A stretch of DNA of 64,000 nucleotides from the NCBI RefSeq assembly GCF_963921235.1, contig NC_086098.1:2170001-2234000 (forward strand), read 5' to 3'. Position numbers and translations under genes: made by a program. Source of the DNA: Mobula hypostoma. Its lineage: Eukaryota. Position 1 is the stretch's first letter. Every line of letters starts with the position of its first letter. Positions 49,672-63,425 of this stretch are shown piece after piece. The notes below the pieces were generated by a model. It was given only the letters and a program-made list of their open reading frames with translations. It did no database searches and had not been told where the DNA came from.

Positions 49672-50269
49672 CACTAGGGCAAACCGAATCGAGTTCCTCC
49701 AGCATTTTGTGTGCAGTGGCCAAAATTCCTTCATCGTTCACTACTTTCAGTGAATAAGGAAATGCAATGATTGATTTCAAACATTTCTAACCCTACTGGA
49801 GTCAATTGTTTTGATCTTTAAAGAAAATGTTGGAATTTCCGTCAATTATTTAAAACCAATGTAGTCTTTTGTCATATAATGGACACAGGATTAAATATTT
49901 TCAAAGATCAATAAGGATTTTGTATGTCTCACGACATTTGGAATGGTTTAATAAAGTTGCCTGCTTTATGTTTCTGAGTCATCTCATTTGTAAATAAATA
50001 TTATTAGCAGATTTTATTGTTGTGAATGTGTCTGTCTGAATGACTTGGTACCTTGCATATGGAATGGTGAACCTGGCGCACCATCTAAAAAGATGCAGGT
50101 TGTCGGAAGAAAGAACGCCTAAGTTTCCTGTCATGTTTTCAGCATGTCTCACATTTTGAATTGTCTCCCTTCTTCTATTAATGTTTTATACTACCCTGAA
50201 GCTTTCTCTTTTTTTATTACATGAGCATCTTTCATTGTAATTCCACTACACATACATTCTCTCTCTCTT

Positions 50270-51545
50270 TAATAGAGCTTTGACCAGTGACCGACCCAGA
50301 TATCAGAAGTTTGAAGAGGAGGGGACTTTAATCAGGTCCACTGACCGAGTACCAAAGACAGGAGCGGATCGCGGCAGCATAATAGAGCTGTTGACCGGTG
50401 ATCAATCCAGACGCTGGAAGCTCGGAGAGCTGGAGTCTTCAGTCGGGTGCACCATACAGGAATAAAAGGTAGGAGTGGGCCTCTGCAGAATTATAAAGCT
50501 TTAACCAGTGGCCAATCGGTGTTTGGGATTGATCAGTAAGACAAACTTAAAGTAAGACAGGGGCAAACGCAGTGGCCATCATCCCAGCGGCAGTTGTCTG
50601 AATGAACAGAGTCAGAGTGGTGATCTTAAGGCTTGAAATTGGATGAAATCCAGGTCATTCAGGAAGCTGAAGGGATGATAGATAGGACATATAGTTACAG
50701 CCAAGGTGCAGGACACAGGAAACTGGGTGACAGTCAGGAGGGGAAAGGGTTAAGGAGCCAGTGCAGGGTACCCCTGTGGCCATCCCCCTCAACAACAGGT
50801 ATATCACTTTGGATACTGTGGGGGCGGGGAGGGGTAATGACCTAACAGACGAAAGTCTCAGTGGTCAGTTCTCTAGCACTGAGTCTGCCTCTGTGACTCA
50901 GAAGGGAAGGGGGAAGAAGAGGCACATTGTGATGACAGAGGATTCTTTAGTTAGGGGAACAGAAAGGAGGTTCTGTTGTGGAGAACGAGATTCCCAGATG
51001 GTATCTTAACTCCAAGGTTCCAGGGTCCAGATTATCACGGATCAAGTCCTCTGTATTCTTAACAGGAGGGTGAACAGCCAAAAGTCATGATCCACGTAGG
51101 TACCAATGACATGCGTAGGATGAGTGATGAGGTTCTGCATAGGAATTTCAGGGAGTTAGGTACTGAGTTAAAGGGAAGGACCTCCAGGGTTGTGATCTCA
51201 GGATTGCTACCTTTGCCATGTGCTAGTGAGGCCAGAACTAAGAAGATTGTACAGTCTAACATGTGGGTAAGGAGTTGGTGCAGGAGGGAGGGCATAAGAT
51301 GTTTGGGTCATCAGGCTCTCTTTCAGGGAAGGTGGGACCTGTACAGAAGGGACAGTTTGCACCTGAACTGGAGGGGACTAATATCCTAGCAGGAAGGTTT
51401 GTTAAACTGGAGTTTCTGGGAGCTGGGAAGAGCGCCAGAACATTTAGTGGAGAGGTCCTGGAGGCAGATGTTGGTTAGACCACAGGCAAAGTTAGGAATG
51501 AAAAGATTGAGCATGGTGCAACTAGTGTCCTGAGCTGTGTATTGT
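50270..51545 (+). mobile_element. CR1 5' end: putative 5' UTR with monomers of about 110 bp, plus ORF1 SGNH-esterase remnant
   Basis: EDSLVRG, IHVGTND, VVISGLLP, DSLHLN motifs; monomers start near 50270, 50380, 50492. Confidence 0.8.
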
Positions 51546-53530
51546 ATAGGTGGAAAATCTAGTCAGGTGGAAGAAGGCAGCATACATGAGGTTTAGGAAG
51601 CAAGGACCAGATGGGTCTATTGAGGAATATAGGGAAGCAAGAAAGGAGCTTAAGAAGGGGCTGAGAAGAGCAAGAAGGGGACATGAGAAGGCCTTGGCAA
51701 GTAGGGTAAAGGAAAACTCCAAGGCATTCTTCAATTATGTGAAGAAAAAAAGGATGACAGGAGTGAAGGTAGGACCAATTAGAGATGAAGGTGGGAAGAT
51801 GTGCCTGGAGGCTGCGGAAGTGAGCGAGGTCCTCAATGAACACTTCTCTTCGGTATTCACCAATGAGAGGGAACTTGATAATGTTGAGGACAATATGAGT
51901 GAGGTTGATGTTCTGGAGCATGTTGACATTAAAGGAGAGGAGGTGTTGGAGTTGTTAAAATACATTAGGACAGATAAGTCCCCAGGGCCTGACGGAATAT
52001 TCCCCAGGCTGCGCCACGAGGCAAGAGAAGAGATTGCTGAGCCTTTGGCTAGGATCTTTATGTCCTCGTTGTCCATGGGAATGGTACCGGAGGATTGGAA
52101 GGAGACGAATGTTGTCCCCTTGTTCAAAAAAGGTAGTAGGGATAGTCCGGGTAATTATAGACCAGTGAGTCTTACGTCTGTGGTAGGAAAGCTGTTGGAA
52201 AAGATTCTTAGAGATAGGATCTATAGGCATTTAGAGAATCATGGTCTGATCTGGGACAGTCAGCATGGCTTTGTGAAGGGCAGATCGTGTCTAACAAGCC
52301 TGATAGAGTTCTTTGAGGAGGTGACCAGGCATATAGATGAGGGTAGTGCAGTGGATGTGATCTATATGGATTTTAGTAAGGCATTTAGACCATAAGACAA
52401 AGGAGTAGAAGATGACAAGGTTGCACACGGTAGGCTTATTCAGAAAGTTAGAAGGCATGGGATCCAGGGAAGTTTGGCCAGGTGGATTCAGCATTGGCTT
52501 GCCTGCAGAAGGCAGAGGGTCGTGGTGGAGGGAGTACATTCAGATTGGAGGATTGTGACTCGTGGTGTCCCAAAAGGATCTGTTCTGGGATCTCTACTTT
52601 TAGTGATTTTTATTAACGACCTGGATGTGGTGGTAGAAGGGTGGGTTGGCAAGTTTGCAGACGACACAAAGGTTGGTGGTGTTGTAGATAGTGTAGAGGA
52701 TTGTCAAAGATTGCAGAGAGACATTGATAGGATGCAGAAGTGGGCTGAGAAGTGGCAGATGGAGTTCAACCCGGAGAAGTGTGAGGTGGTACACTTTGGA
52801 AGGACAAACTCCAAGGCAGAGTACAAAGTAAATAGCAGGATACCTGGTAGTGTGGAGGAGCAGAGGGATCTCGGGGTACATGTCCACAGATCCCTGAAAG
52901 TTGCCTCACAAGTGGATAGGGTAGTTAAGAAAGCTTATGGGGTGTTAGCTTTCATAAGTCGAGGGATAGAGTTTAAGAGTCGCGATGTAATAATGCAGCT
53001 CTATAAAACTCTGTGTCCAGTTCTGGTCACCTCACTATAGGAAGGATGTGGAAGCATTGGAAAGGGTACAGAGGAGATTTACCAGGATGCTGCCTTGTTT
53101 AGAAAGTATGCATTATGATCAGAGATTAAGGGAGCTAGGGCTTTATTCTTAGGAGAGAAGGAGGATGAGAGGAGACATGATAGAGGTGTACAAGATAATA
53201 AGAGGAATAGATAGAGTGGATAGCCAGCATCTCTTCCCCAGGGCACCACTGCTCAATACAAGAGGACATGGCTTTAAGGTAAGGGGTGGGAAGTTCAAGG
53301 GGGATATTACAGGAAGGTTTTTTACTCAGAGAGTGGTTAGTGCTTGGAATGCACTGCCTGAGTTAGTGGTGGAGACAGATACACTAGTGAAATTTAAGAG
53401 ACTACTGGACAGATATATGGAGGAATTTAAGGTGGGGGCTTATATGGGAGGCAGGGTTTGAGGGTCGGCACAACATTGTGGGCCGAAGGGCCTGTACTGT
53501 GTTGTACAATTCTATGTTCTATGTTCTATG
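51546..53530 (+). pseudogene. Relatively young CR1 ORF2 (RT) with 3' tail
   Basis: ORFs 51550-52395, 52474-53040, 53165-53461 with NYRPVSLTS, QHGF, KFADDTK; (ttctatg)n tail. Confidence 0.95.
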
Positions 53531-53569
53531 TATATATTTCAGAGCAAAAGTATCATCGGAAAGGCAAAT

Positions 53570-56500
53570 AATAGTGTTGAAGATGAGGTGGCTGGTATAT
53601 GAAAAGAGGCAATATGTAGTGAAGGGAGGCTGTTGATAGGGCAAAATTGCAGTCAACAGGATGAGCTGCAATATAAAAGGCCATCAAAATCAAAGAGGGT
53701 TAGTACCGGACTTAAGGTGTTGTATCTGAATGCGTGCAGTATACAGAATAAGGTAGATGAATTCGCAGTACTGTGGCAGATTGGCAAGTATGTGTTCTAG
53801 ACATCATTCAATCATGGCTGAAAGATTACAGCCAGGAGTTTAATGTCCCAGGATACGCATTGTATCGAAAGGATAGGCAGGAAGGCAGAGCAGATACTTT
53901 TGCTCTGTTGGTAAGAAATAAAATCATATCACTAGAAAGAGGTGACATAGGATCGGAAGGTATTGCAAGGGTGAAAGGATCCTGATGGGAGTTGTGTACA
54001 GACCCACAAACAGTAGTAAGGATGCGGCTTACAAATTACAATAGGAAAATACATAGGGCATAGTTTTAAGGTGCTTGGAAGTAGATATAGAGGAGATGTC
54101 AGGGGTAAGTTTTTTTTACACAGAGAGTGGTGAGTGCATGGAATTGTTGTCAGCGACTGTGGTGGAGGCAGAAACGACAGGATCTTTTAAGAGACTCCTT
54201 GATAGGTACATGGAGCTTAGAAAAAACAGAGGGCTATGGGTAACGCCAGGTGATTTCTAAAGTAAATACATGTTCGACACAGCATTGTGGGTCAAAAGGC
54301 CTGTATTGTGCTGTAGGTTTTCTATGTTTCTACGTTTCTAAATAGAAAATACATGCCAAAAGGGCAATGTTACAATAGTCATGGGGACTTCAATGTACAG
54401 GTAGATTGGGAAAATCAGGTTGGTGCTGGACTCTCGGAGGAGGAATTTCCAGAGTGTCTACGAGATGGTTTCTCAGAGCAGCTTGCAGTTGAACCCACTA
54501 GAGGATCCGTTATTCTGGATTGGATATTGTGCATGAACCGGAATTGATTAGAGAGCTTAAGGTAAAAGAACTCTTAGCAGAAAGTGATCATAATATGATC
54601 GAGTTCACCCTGAAATCTGAGAAGTAGAAGCTAAAGTCAGATGTTCAGTATTATAGTAGAGTAAATTACAGAGGCATGAGCGAAGAGTTGGCCAGAATTG
54701 AAAGGAAAAGAACACAGGCAGAGATGAGGGCAGAGCAGCAATGGCTGGAATTTCAAGAAGCAATTTGGAAGGCACAGGATATGTACATTCCAAAGAGGAA
54801 AAGTATTCTGAAGGAAAGATGATACAGTGGCTAACAAAAGAAGTCAAAGCCAATATAAAAGCCAAAGAGAGTGCATATAATAGAGCAAAATTTAGTGGGA
54901 TGTTAGAGGACTGGGAAGCTTATAAAAACCAATAGAAAGCAATTAAGATAAAGCTGAAAGGTAAGCCAGCCAATAATATTAAAGAAGATAGCAAATGTTT
55001 TTTTCAGATACAGAAAGTGTAAAAGAGAGTCTAAAATGTATATTGGGCCATTGGAAAATAATAATGGAGAGGTACCAATGGGAGATAAGGCAATGGCGGA
55101 TGAACTAAATACGCATTTTGCATCACTCTTCACTGTGGAAGACACCAGCAGTATGCTGGAAGTTCCAGATGACGAGATAATGATAGCTGATGAGATAGCT
55201 GAAGATGACAAGATAGTTGAAGAGATTATGAAGGCATTAGTAATGATCTTTCAAGAAAAACAAACTTCCTGAATGGTTCCAGAAGCCTGGAGAATTGCAA
55301 ATGTCATTCCACTCTTCATGAAGGGAGAGGGCAGAAGAAAGGAAGAAAGGCATTTGGAGGCACATGAAAGAAAGGCCAGAGCCTGCATGGTTTCCTCAAC
55401 ATAAAATCTTGCCTGACAAATCTGTTGGAATTCTTTAAAGAAATAACAAGCGGGATAGACAAAGGAGAATCAGTTGATGTTGTTTCCTTGGATTTACAGA
55501 AGGCTTTTGACAAGGTGTGACACATAAGGCTGCAGAGAGTGGTGCGGACAGCCCAGTGCATCTGTGGAAGTGAACTTCCCACTATTCAGCACATTTACAA
55601 AGACAGGTGTGTAAAAAAGGCCCGAAGGATCTTTGGAGATCTGAGTCACTCCAACCATAAACTGTTCCAGCTGCTACCATCCAGGACGCAGTACTACAGC
55701 ATAAAAGCCAAGACCAACAGGCTCCGGGACAGCTTCTTCCACCAGGCCATCAGAGTACTTAATTCATGCTGACACAATTGTATTTCAATGTTATATTGCA
55801 CCTAATATTTATTATAAATTACTATAATTGCACAGGGTGCACAATTGAACGGAGAAGTAACGTAAAGATTTTCACTCCTCATGTATTTGAAGGATGTAAG
55901 TACTAAAATCAATTCAAGTAACAAGCTGCAAGCCTATGGTGTTACAGGAAAGATTCTAGCATGAATAAAGCAGTGGTTGATTGGCAGAAGGCAAACAGTA
56001 GGAATAAAGTGAGCCTTGTCTGGTTGGCTACCAATCACTAGTAGTATTCCATAGGGGTCTGTGTTGGAAATGATTCTTTTTACGTTATATGTCAATGATT
56101 TGGATGATGGAAATGATGGCTTTGTTGCAAAGTTTGCAGTCGATATGAAGATAGGTGGAGCAGCAGGTGGATTTGAGAAAGTAGAGAGATTACAGAAGGA
56201 CTTAGACAGATTAGGGGAATGGACAAAGAAATGGCAGATGCATTGGGAACTTTGGTAGAAGAAATGAAAAAGTTGACTATTTTCTAAATGGAGAGAAAAT
56301 ACAAGAAACTGAGATGCAAAATGTTCTGGGAGTCCCTTGGAGGATTCCCTAAAGGTCAAGCCTGCTTGAACCTGGTTCTGCAGGTTGAGTCTGTGGTGAG
56401 GAAGGCAAATGCAATGTTAGCATTCATTTCAAGAGGACTAGAATATAAAAGCAAGATGTAATGTTGAAACTTTATAAAGCACTGGTGAGGCCTCACTTGG

Positions 56501-56955
56501 AGTATTGTGAGCTGAGTTGTGCCCCATATCTTAGAAAAGAGGTGCTGAGACTGGAGAGGGTTCAAAGGAGTTTCACAAAAATGATTCCAGGATTTAATGG
56601 CTTTTTATATGAAGAGTGTTTGATGGCTCTCGGCCTGTATTCACCAGAATTCAGAAGAATGAAGACTGATCTCATTGAAATCTGTCGGATTGTGAAAGGC
56701 CTTGAGAGAGTAGATGTGGAGAGGATGTTTCCTTTGGTTGCAAAGTCTAACACCAGAGGATGCAGCCTCAGAATAGAGGGACATCCCTTTAGAACATAGA
56801 TGAAGAGCATTTTCTTTAGTTAGAGAGTGATGAATCTGTGGAATTCTTTGGCACAGGCAGCTGTGGAGGCCAAGTCTTTGTGTATATTTAAGGCAGAGGC
56901 TGATAGATTCTTAATTGGTCAGGGTGTAAAGGGATAAGGGGAGAAGGCAGGAGAT
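53570..56955 (+). mobile_element. Old CR1 ORF2 (APE to 3' end) with nested CR1 tail (54055-54340) and Rex1 piece
   Basis: KVLYLNACSIQNKVDE, MGDFN, KFAVDMKIGG, LYKALVRPHLEYC; gaaaatacat duplicated around the nested tail. Confidence 0.88.
55528..55918 (+). mobile_element. Rex1-type 3' end
   Basis: RVVRTAQCICG...KTNRLRDSFFHQAIRVLN. Confidence 0.85.
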
Positions 56956-57034
56956 TTCTTTCTCTCTGTCACACACATAGACTTCCTCTCACTCTCTCTC
57001 TTCCACTCTCTCTCTCCATCTCTTTCTCCCTCTC

Positions 57035-57465
57035 TCCCACCCAGGCCATGCTCTCTGCTCACTACTGCCATCGGAAGGAGGTACAGGAGCCTCAGGACTC
57101 GCACCACCAGATTCAGACACAGTAATTGTCACTCAACCATCAGGCTCTAGAACCAGAGGGGATAGCTTCACTCTACTTCACTAGACCCATCATTGAACTG
57201 TTCCCACAACCTATGAATTCACCGTCAAGAAACCTTCATCTCACGTTCTTGATATTTATTGCTTATTTATTTATTATTATTATTTCGTTCTTTTTGTCTT
57301 TGCACAGTTTCTTGTCTTTCGCACTCTGGTCGAATGCCCTCATTTGGCGGTCTTTCACATGCTTGTTATTCTACAGATTAATTGAGTATGCCCACAAGAA
57401 AATGAATCTATGGGTTGTATCTGATGACATATAAGAATTTTGATAATAAATTTATTTTGAACCTC
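57035..57465 (+). mobile_element. Rex1-type 3' end after a (CT)n tract
   Basis: HALCSLLPSEGG/RRYRSLRTRTTRF-like sequence; aataaatttattttgaac tail as at 32115. Confidence 0.75.
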
Positions 57466-57469
57466 GAGC

Positions 57470-58255
57470 TTTTTGTCTTCTCCCTGTAACCCTTAACACC
57501 CGTACTGATCAGCAATGATTTGACTCCACAGTCCTCTGTGGGAACAATTTCTGTCGACCACCCCCAGCTGAAGACTTCCTCTTTATCTCATTTTAAAGAG
57601 ATCTTCCTTTACTGTGAGGCTGTGTCCCTGGATCCGAGACTCTCCCACAGATGGAAACATCCTGTCCGTGTCCACTCTGTCTAGGTCTTGTACATGATAC
57701 ACAACGATCTTGTTCTGAGCACACAGAACATAGGAGATGGAACAATAGAGCCCAGGAACATGCCACTTGGCCCACAATTTTATGCCAAACCAGCTAAAAA
57801 GAAAATCAAAAATGTCCAAATGCTAATCCCTCCTATCTACACATTGTCCATACCCCTCCATCTTCCTCACATCCATGCACCTATCCAAATGTCTCTTAAA
57901 AGTCTGTAATGTATTTGCCTCTACCACCATATCAGACATGGTATTTCAGACATCCATCACCCCTCACATCCCCCGTTAAACCTACCCCCTTTCACCTTCA
58001 ATACATGCCTTCTGGTATTAGACATTTCAACCCTGGGGAACAGATACTGTCTGTCCACTCTATCTATGCCTCTCGTAATCTTATAAACCTCTATCAGATC
58101 TTCAGTCAGCCCCCTGTGCTCCAGTGAAAACAATCCGAGTTTATTCAGGCCTTTTCTACATCTTCTCCAATGCCTTGACATCCTTCCTTTCGTGGAAAAC
58201 CAGAACGGTATGCAATAGTCCAGACGTGGCCTAACCAGAGTTTTATAAAGTTGGT
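57470..58255 (-). mobile_element. Two CR1 3' fragments
   Basis: LYKTLVRPRLDYC, EDLIEVYKI. Confidence 0.78.
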
Positions 58256-58569
58256 TCTTCAAAAATATGGACTCCGCTATTTGAACTTAGATCCAAAAGA
58301 ATCGAAAGTTTTCCCTTTGGATGACTAAGAACAGTTTCCTGGAAAATGTGTCCTTAATCTACCACGTGTTTTCCATTCCACACTGGGGAAGTGATGAATA
58401 AAACAATTATTATAAACTTGACAGATTAATACAGGGAGCTGCAGTGAGGTCTAAACCCTTGAGATGATCTTAAGCCATAAATACATATTGCAGAACATAG
58501 AAAAGGAAAGGCAAATACAAATCTAGGTTTTATTTTTAATATCATTTGCTCTAACACCGCATTTTTTTG

Positions 58570-58880
58570 AAAGGCATCCGTTAGTCTTGTGAGACCATGG
58601 ATCTGCGCCTGGAAGGTCTTCACTCTCCAGGGCGCAGGCCTGGGCAAGGTTGTATGGAAGACCAGCAGTTGCCCATGCTGCAAGTCTCCCCTCTCCACGA
58701 CACCTATGTTGTCCAAGGGAAGGGCATTAGGACCCATACAGCTTGGCACCAGTGTCGTCGCAGAGCAATGTGTGATTAAGTGCCTTGCTCAAGGACACAA
58801 CACGCTGCCTCGGCTGGGGCTCGAACTCACAACCTACAGGTTGCTAGTTGAATGCCTTAACCACTTGGCCACGTGCCCAC
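58570..58880 (-). mobile_element. tRNA-derived CORE-like SINE (second copy)
   Basis: A box TGGCCAAGTGG, B box GTTCGAGCC, gtgtccttgagcaaggcacttaa. Confidence 0.85.
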
Positions 58881-59187
58881 ACAGCACAACATACACAAGG
58901 TGTTTTTATTACTAGTTTAGTTTGCGAGCAGAAAAATCGGCCACATTTGATTTGAACACCATAGTTCATAGAAGTATAATGTTTGAATAGTTTTAGTACC
59001 TATTGATGAATTCATCACCCCAATTCTTGGTGACATTATGTATAGCTGTCGTATATGTCATTACACAATAACAATACCTCTTTTACAGACAGCAAAAAAA
59101 AAATGACAGAGTTTGCGACTGACCCACTGCCCATAAAAGATATAATTATTTCTGAGGCATGAACTTTGTTTGTTATTGGCTATCAGT

Positions 59188-62170
59188 TCATAGAAACATA
59201 GAAAACCTACAGCATAATACAGGTCCTTCGGCACATAATCCTGTGCCGAATATGTACTTACTTTAGAAATTACCGAGAATTACCCAGAGCCCTCTATTTT
59301 TCTCTAAGCTCCATGTACCTATTCAGGAGCCTCTTAAAATTCACTATCATATCTACCTCCAACAATGTCGCCGGCAGCCCATTCCACACACTCACCACTC
59401 TCTGCATAAAAAACTTACCCTTGACATCTCCTCTGCACCTAATTCCAAAGACCTTAAAACTATACCATCTCGTGCTAGCCATTTCAGCACTGGGAAAAGG
59501 CCTCTGACTATCCACACGATCAATGCCTCTCATCATCCTATACACCTCTATCAGGTCAGCTCTCATTCTCTGCCGCTCCAAGGAGAAAAGGCCGAGTTCA
59601 CACAACCTATTTTCATAAGGCATGTTCCCCAATCCAGGCAACATCCTTGAAAATCTCCTCTGCACCCTTTCTATCGTTTCCACATTCTTCCTATAGTGAG
59701 GCGACCAGAATTGAGCACAGTACTCCAAGTGGGGTCCAATATAGCTGTAACATTACCTCTCGGCTCTTAAACTCAATCGCACGATTGATGAAGGCCAATG
59801 CACCGTATGCCTTCTTAACCACAGAGTCAACCTGCGCAGGAGCTTGGAGTGTCCTATGGACTCGGACCCCAAGATCCCTCTGATCCTCCACACTGCCAAG
59901 AGTCTTACCATTAATACTGTATTCTGCCATTATATTTGACCTACCAAAATGAATACTTTTCAGGGTTGAAGTCCATCTGCCACTTCTCAGCCCAGTTTTG
60001 CATCCTATTAATGTTTCACTGTATCCTCTGACAGCCCTCCACACTATCCACAACACCCCCAGTGTTTGTGTCATCAGAAAACTTACTAACCCATCCCTCC
60101 ACTTCCTCATCCAGGTCATTGATAAAAATCACGAAGAGTAGGTGTCCCAGAACAGATCCCTGAGGCATAGCACTGGTCACCGACCCCCATGCAGAGTACA
60201 GCCCGTCTACAATCACTCTTTGCCTTCTGTTGGCAAGCCAATTCTGGATCCACAAAACAAGGTCCCCCTGCATCCCATGCCTCCTTACTTTCTCCATAAG
60301 CCTTGCATGGGCACCTTATTAAATGCCTTGCGGAAATCCATGTACATTACATCTACTGCTCTACCTTCATCAATGTGTTTAGTCACATCCTCAAAAAATT
60401 CAATCAGGCTCGTAAGGCACGACCTGCTTTTGACAAAACCATGCTGACTATTCCTAATCACATTATGCCTCTCCAAATTTTCATAAATCCTACCTCTCAG
60501 GATCTTTTCCATCAACATATCAACCACTGAAGTAAGACTCACTGGTCTATAATTTCCTGGGCCATCTTTACTCCCTTTCCTGAATAAGGGAACAACATCT
60601 GCAACCCTCCAGTCCTCTGGACTCTCTCCTGTCCCTTTTGCTGATGCAAAAATCATTGCTAGAGGTTCAGCAATCTCGTCCCTTGCCTCCCACATTAGCC
60701 TTGGGTACATCTTATCTGGTCCAGGAAACTCATCCAACTTGATGCTTTCCAAAAGCTCCAGCACATCCTCTTTCTTAATATCTATATGCTCAAGCTTTTC
60801 AGTCCGCTGTAAGTCATCCCTACATTTGCCAAGATTCTTCTTTGCAGTGAATACTGAAGCAAAGTTTTCATTAAATACATCTGCTTTCTCCTCCGGTTCC
60901 ATACACACTTTTCCACTATCACACTTGATTGGTCCTATTCTCTCACGATTTATCCTCTTGCTCTTCACATACTTGGAGAATGCCTTGGGGTTTTCCTTAA
61001 TCCTGCTCGTTAAGGTCTTTTCATGGCCCCTTCTGGCTCTCCTAATTTCATTCTTAAATCCCTTCCTGCTAGCCGTATAATTTTATAGATCTCTATCTTT
61101 ACCTAGGTTTTGAACCTTCCGTAAGCCATTCTTGACTGGATTTTCAACAGCCTTTGTACACCATGGTACCTGCACCCTACCACCCTTTCCCAGACTCATT
61201 GGAATGTACCTATGTTGAACGCCACGCAAATATCCCCTGAACATTTGCCACATTTCTACCGTACGTTTCCCTGAGATTATCTGTTCCCAATTTAAGCTTC
61301 CAAGTTCCTGCCTGATAGCCTCATATTTCCCCTTACTCCAATTAAATACTTTCCTAACTTGTCTGTTCCTGTCCCTCTCCAATGTTATGGTAAAGGAGAT
61401 AGAATTGTGATCACTACCTCCAGAATGCTCTCCCACTGAGAGACCTGACATCTGACCAGATTAATTTCCCAATACCAGATCAAGTCCAGCATCTCCTCTT
61501 GTAGGCTTATCTACATATTTTGTCAGGAAACCTTCCTAAACACACCTAACAAACTCCACCCCATCAAAACCCCTTGGGAGATGCCAATCAATACTGGGGA
61601 AATTAAAATCTCCCTCCATTACAACCCTGTTATTTTTACACCGTTCCAGAATCTGTCTCCCTATCTGCTCCTCGATGTCTCTGTTACTACTGGGTGGTCT
61701 ATAAAAAATACACAGTAGAGTTATTGTTGCTGCGGCACCATTCCACTAGTTGGCATATCTCACTCCTGCACGCCGTCTTATCACTACCTGAGATTCTACC
61801 AACAATGGTTGTATCGTCAGCAAATTTGTAGATGGTATTTGAGCTATGCCTAGCCACACAGTCATAATTTCACGTCACATGATGGTGATAATAAACCTGA
61901 TTCTGATTCCTGTTTCTAACTTCCACCCACAGAGACTCAGTTGACAATCCCTCCATGACTTCCTCCTTTTCTGCAGCTGTGACACTATCTCTGATCAACA
62001 GTGCCACGCCCCCCCCTCTTTTGCCTCCCTCCCTGTCCTTTCTGAAACATCTAAAGCCTGGCACTCTAATCAACCATTCCTGCCCCTGAGCCATCCAAGT
62101 CTCTATAATGGCCACAACACAATAGCTCCAAGTACTGATCCACGCTGTAAGCTCATCCACTTTGTTCATT
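59188..62170 (-). pseudogene. CR1 ORF2, nearly full span (APE to tail), with a Rex1 fragment inserted at about 61725-61905
   Basis: MNKVDEL...VAIIETW, SDHNSI, NYRPVSLTS, KFSDDT, RADLIEVY; frameshifts. Confidence 0.92.
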
Positions 62171-62739
62171 GAGGTTCTGTGAAGATGCTGCTATTTAGAT
62201 GGCTGAGTAGCCAATCCCACTGAAGAATTTTTCAGGTAATGGCACTGAAAAGTAAAGACAGATTTTTTTCACTAATATTTTTACCATTTTGTATGGTTTA
62301 ACATGATGATTCAATTCAATTCGCTTTTCATTGAATATTGAAACACGCAGTGAAACATGTTATGTGTCAATGACCAATGCAGACCTGGAGACAGGTACAA
62401 GTGACAGTATGCTTCCAGCACCAAAATAGCATGCCCACAACTTGCTAACTCTAACTCATACGTCTTCGGAATGTTCAAAGGTCAAGGTATATTTATTATC
62501 AAAGTATACATAACGATTTACAGAAAAAAACAAAGAAACACAATGGAATCCATGAAAAACCCCATGCACCAAAGACCACGTGACAAATGCCTTCCTCCTA
62601 TCTTTATCCCTTAGGTTTTAAGACAGACAGTTCTATGAAACATTGCAAATGATAAAAAGTATCTGGGTTTTGCAATAATAACCAAGATCTGGCCTTTTTC
62701 AGCTGGAATCATAAGAACATAAAACAGTAAAACATGGAG

Positions 62740-63425
62740 TCATAGGTTACTACAGCGCAGAAAAAGGCCCTTCAGCTCATCTAGTCTGTGCCGAAATAGT
62801 CCGTACTTAGCCAAATTTCTCTTCAATGTTGAAACTGAACCAACATCCACCACTTCCACTGGCAGCTCATTCCACACTTCCACCACTCTGTGAGTGAAGA
62901 AGTTTCCCCTCATGTTTCCTTTAAACTTTTCACCTTTCACCCTTAACCCATGACGTCCCAATGTAGTCTCATCCAACCTCAGTGGAAAAAGCCTGTTTGC
63001 ATTTACCCTATCCATACCCCTCATAATTTTGTATACCTCTATCAAATTTCCATCAATCTTCCTTGTTTTAGTGAATAAAGTCCAAACCTTTTCAATGTTT
63101 CACTATAACTCAGATCCTTCAGTCCTGGCAACACCCTTGTAAATTTTCTGTACTCTTTCTGTCTTATTTACATGTTTCCTGTTGTTAGGTAACCAAAACT
63201 GCACACAATACTCCAAAATGGGCCTCACCAACATCTTATACAACTTCAACGAAGGAGCCATTCAGCTCATCAAGTCTGCTCCGCCATTAAATCATGGCTG
63301 ATTTACAGGTATTACCCCTCTTAACCCCTTTCTCCTGCGTTCTCTCAGTAGCCTTTGATGTCCGGACTAATCAAGAACCTATCAACCTCTGTTTTAAATA
63401 TACTCAATGAGCTGGCCTCCACAGC
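62740..63425 (-). mobile_element. CR1 3' fragments
   Basis: IEVYKIMRG, NFFTHRVVEVWNEL. Confidence 0.8.

Noticed and set aside
58805..58880. tRNA gene (also 7805-7880, 27660-27735)
   Set aside because: These are tRNA-derived SINE heads that continue into a SINE body and tail
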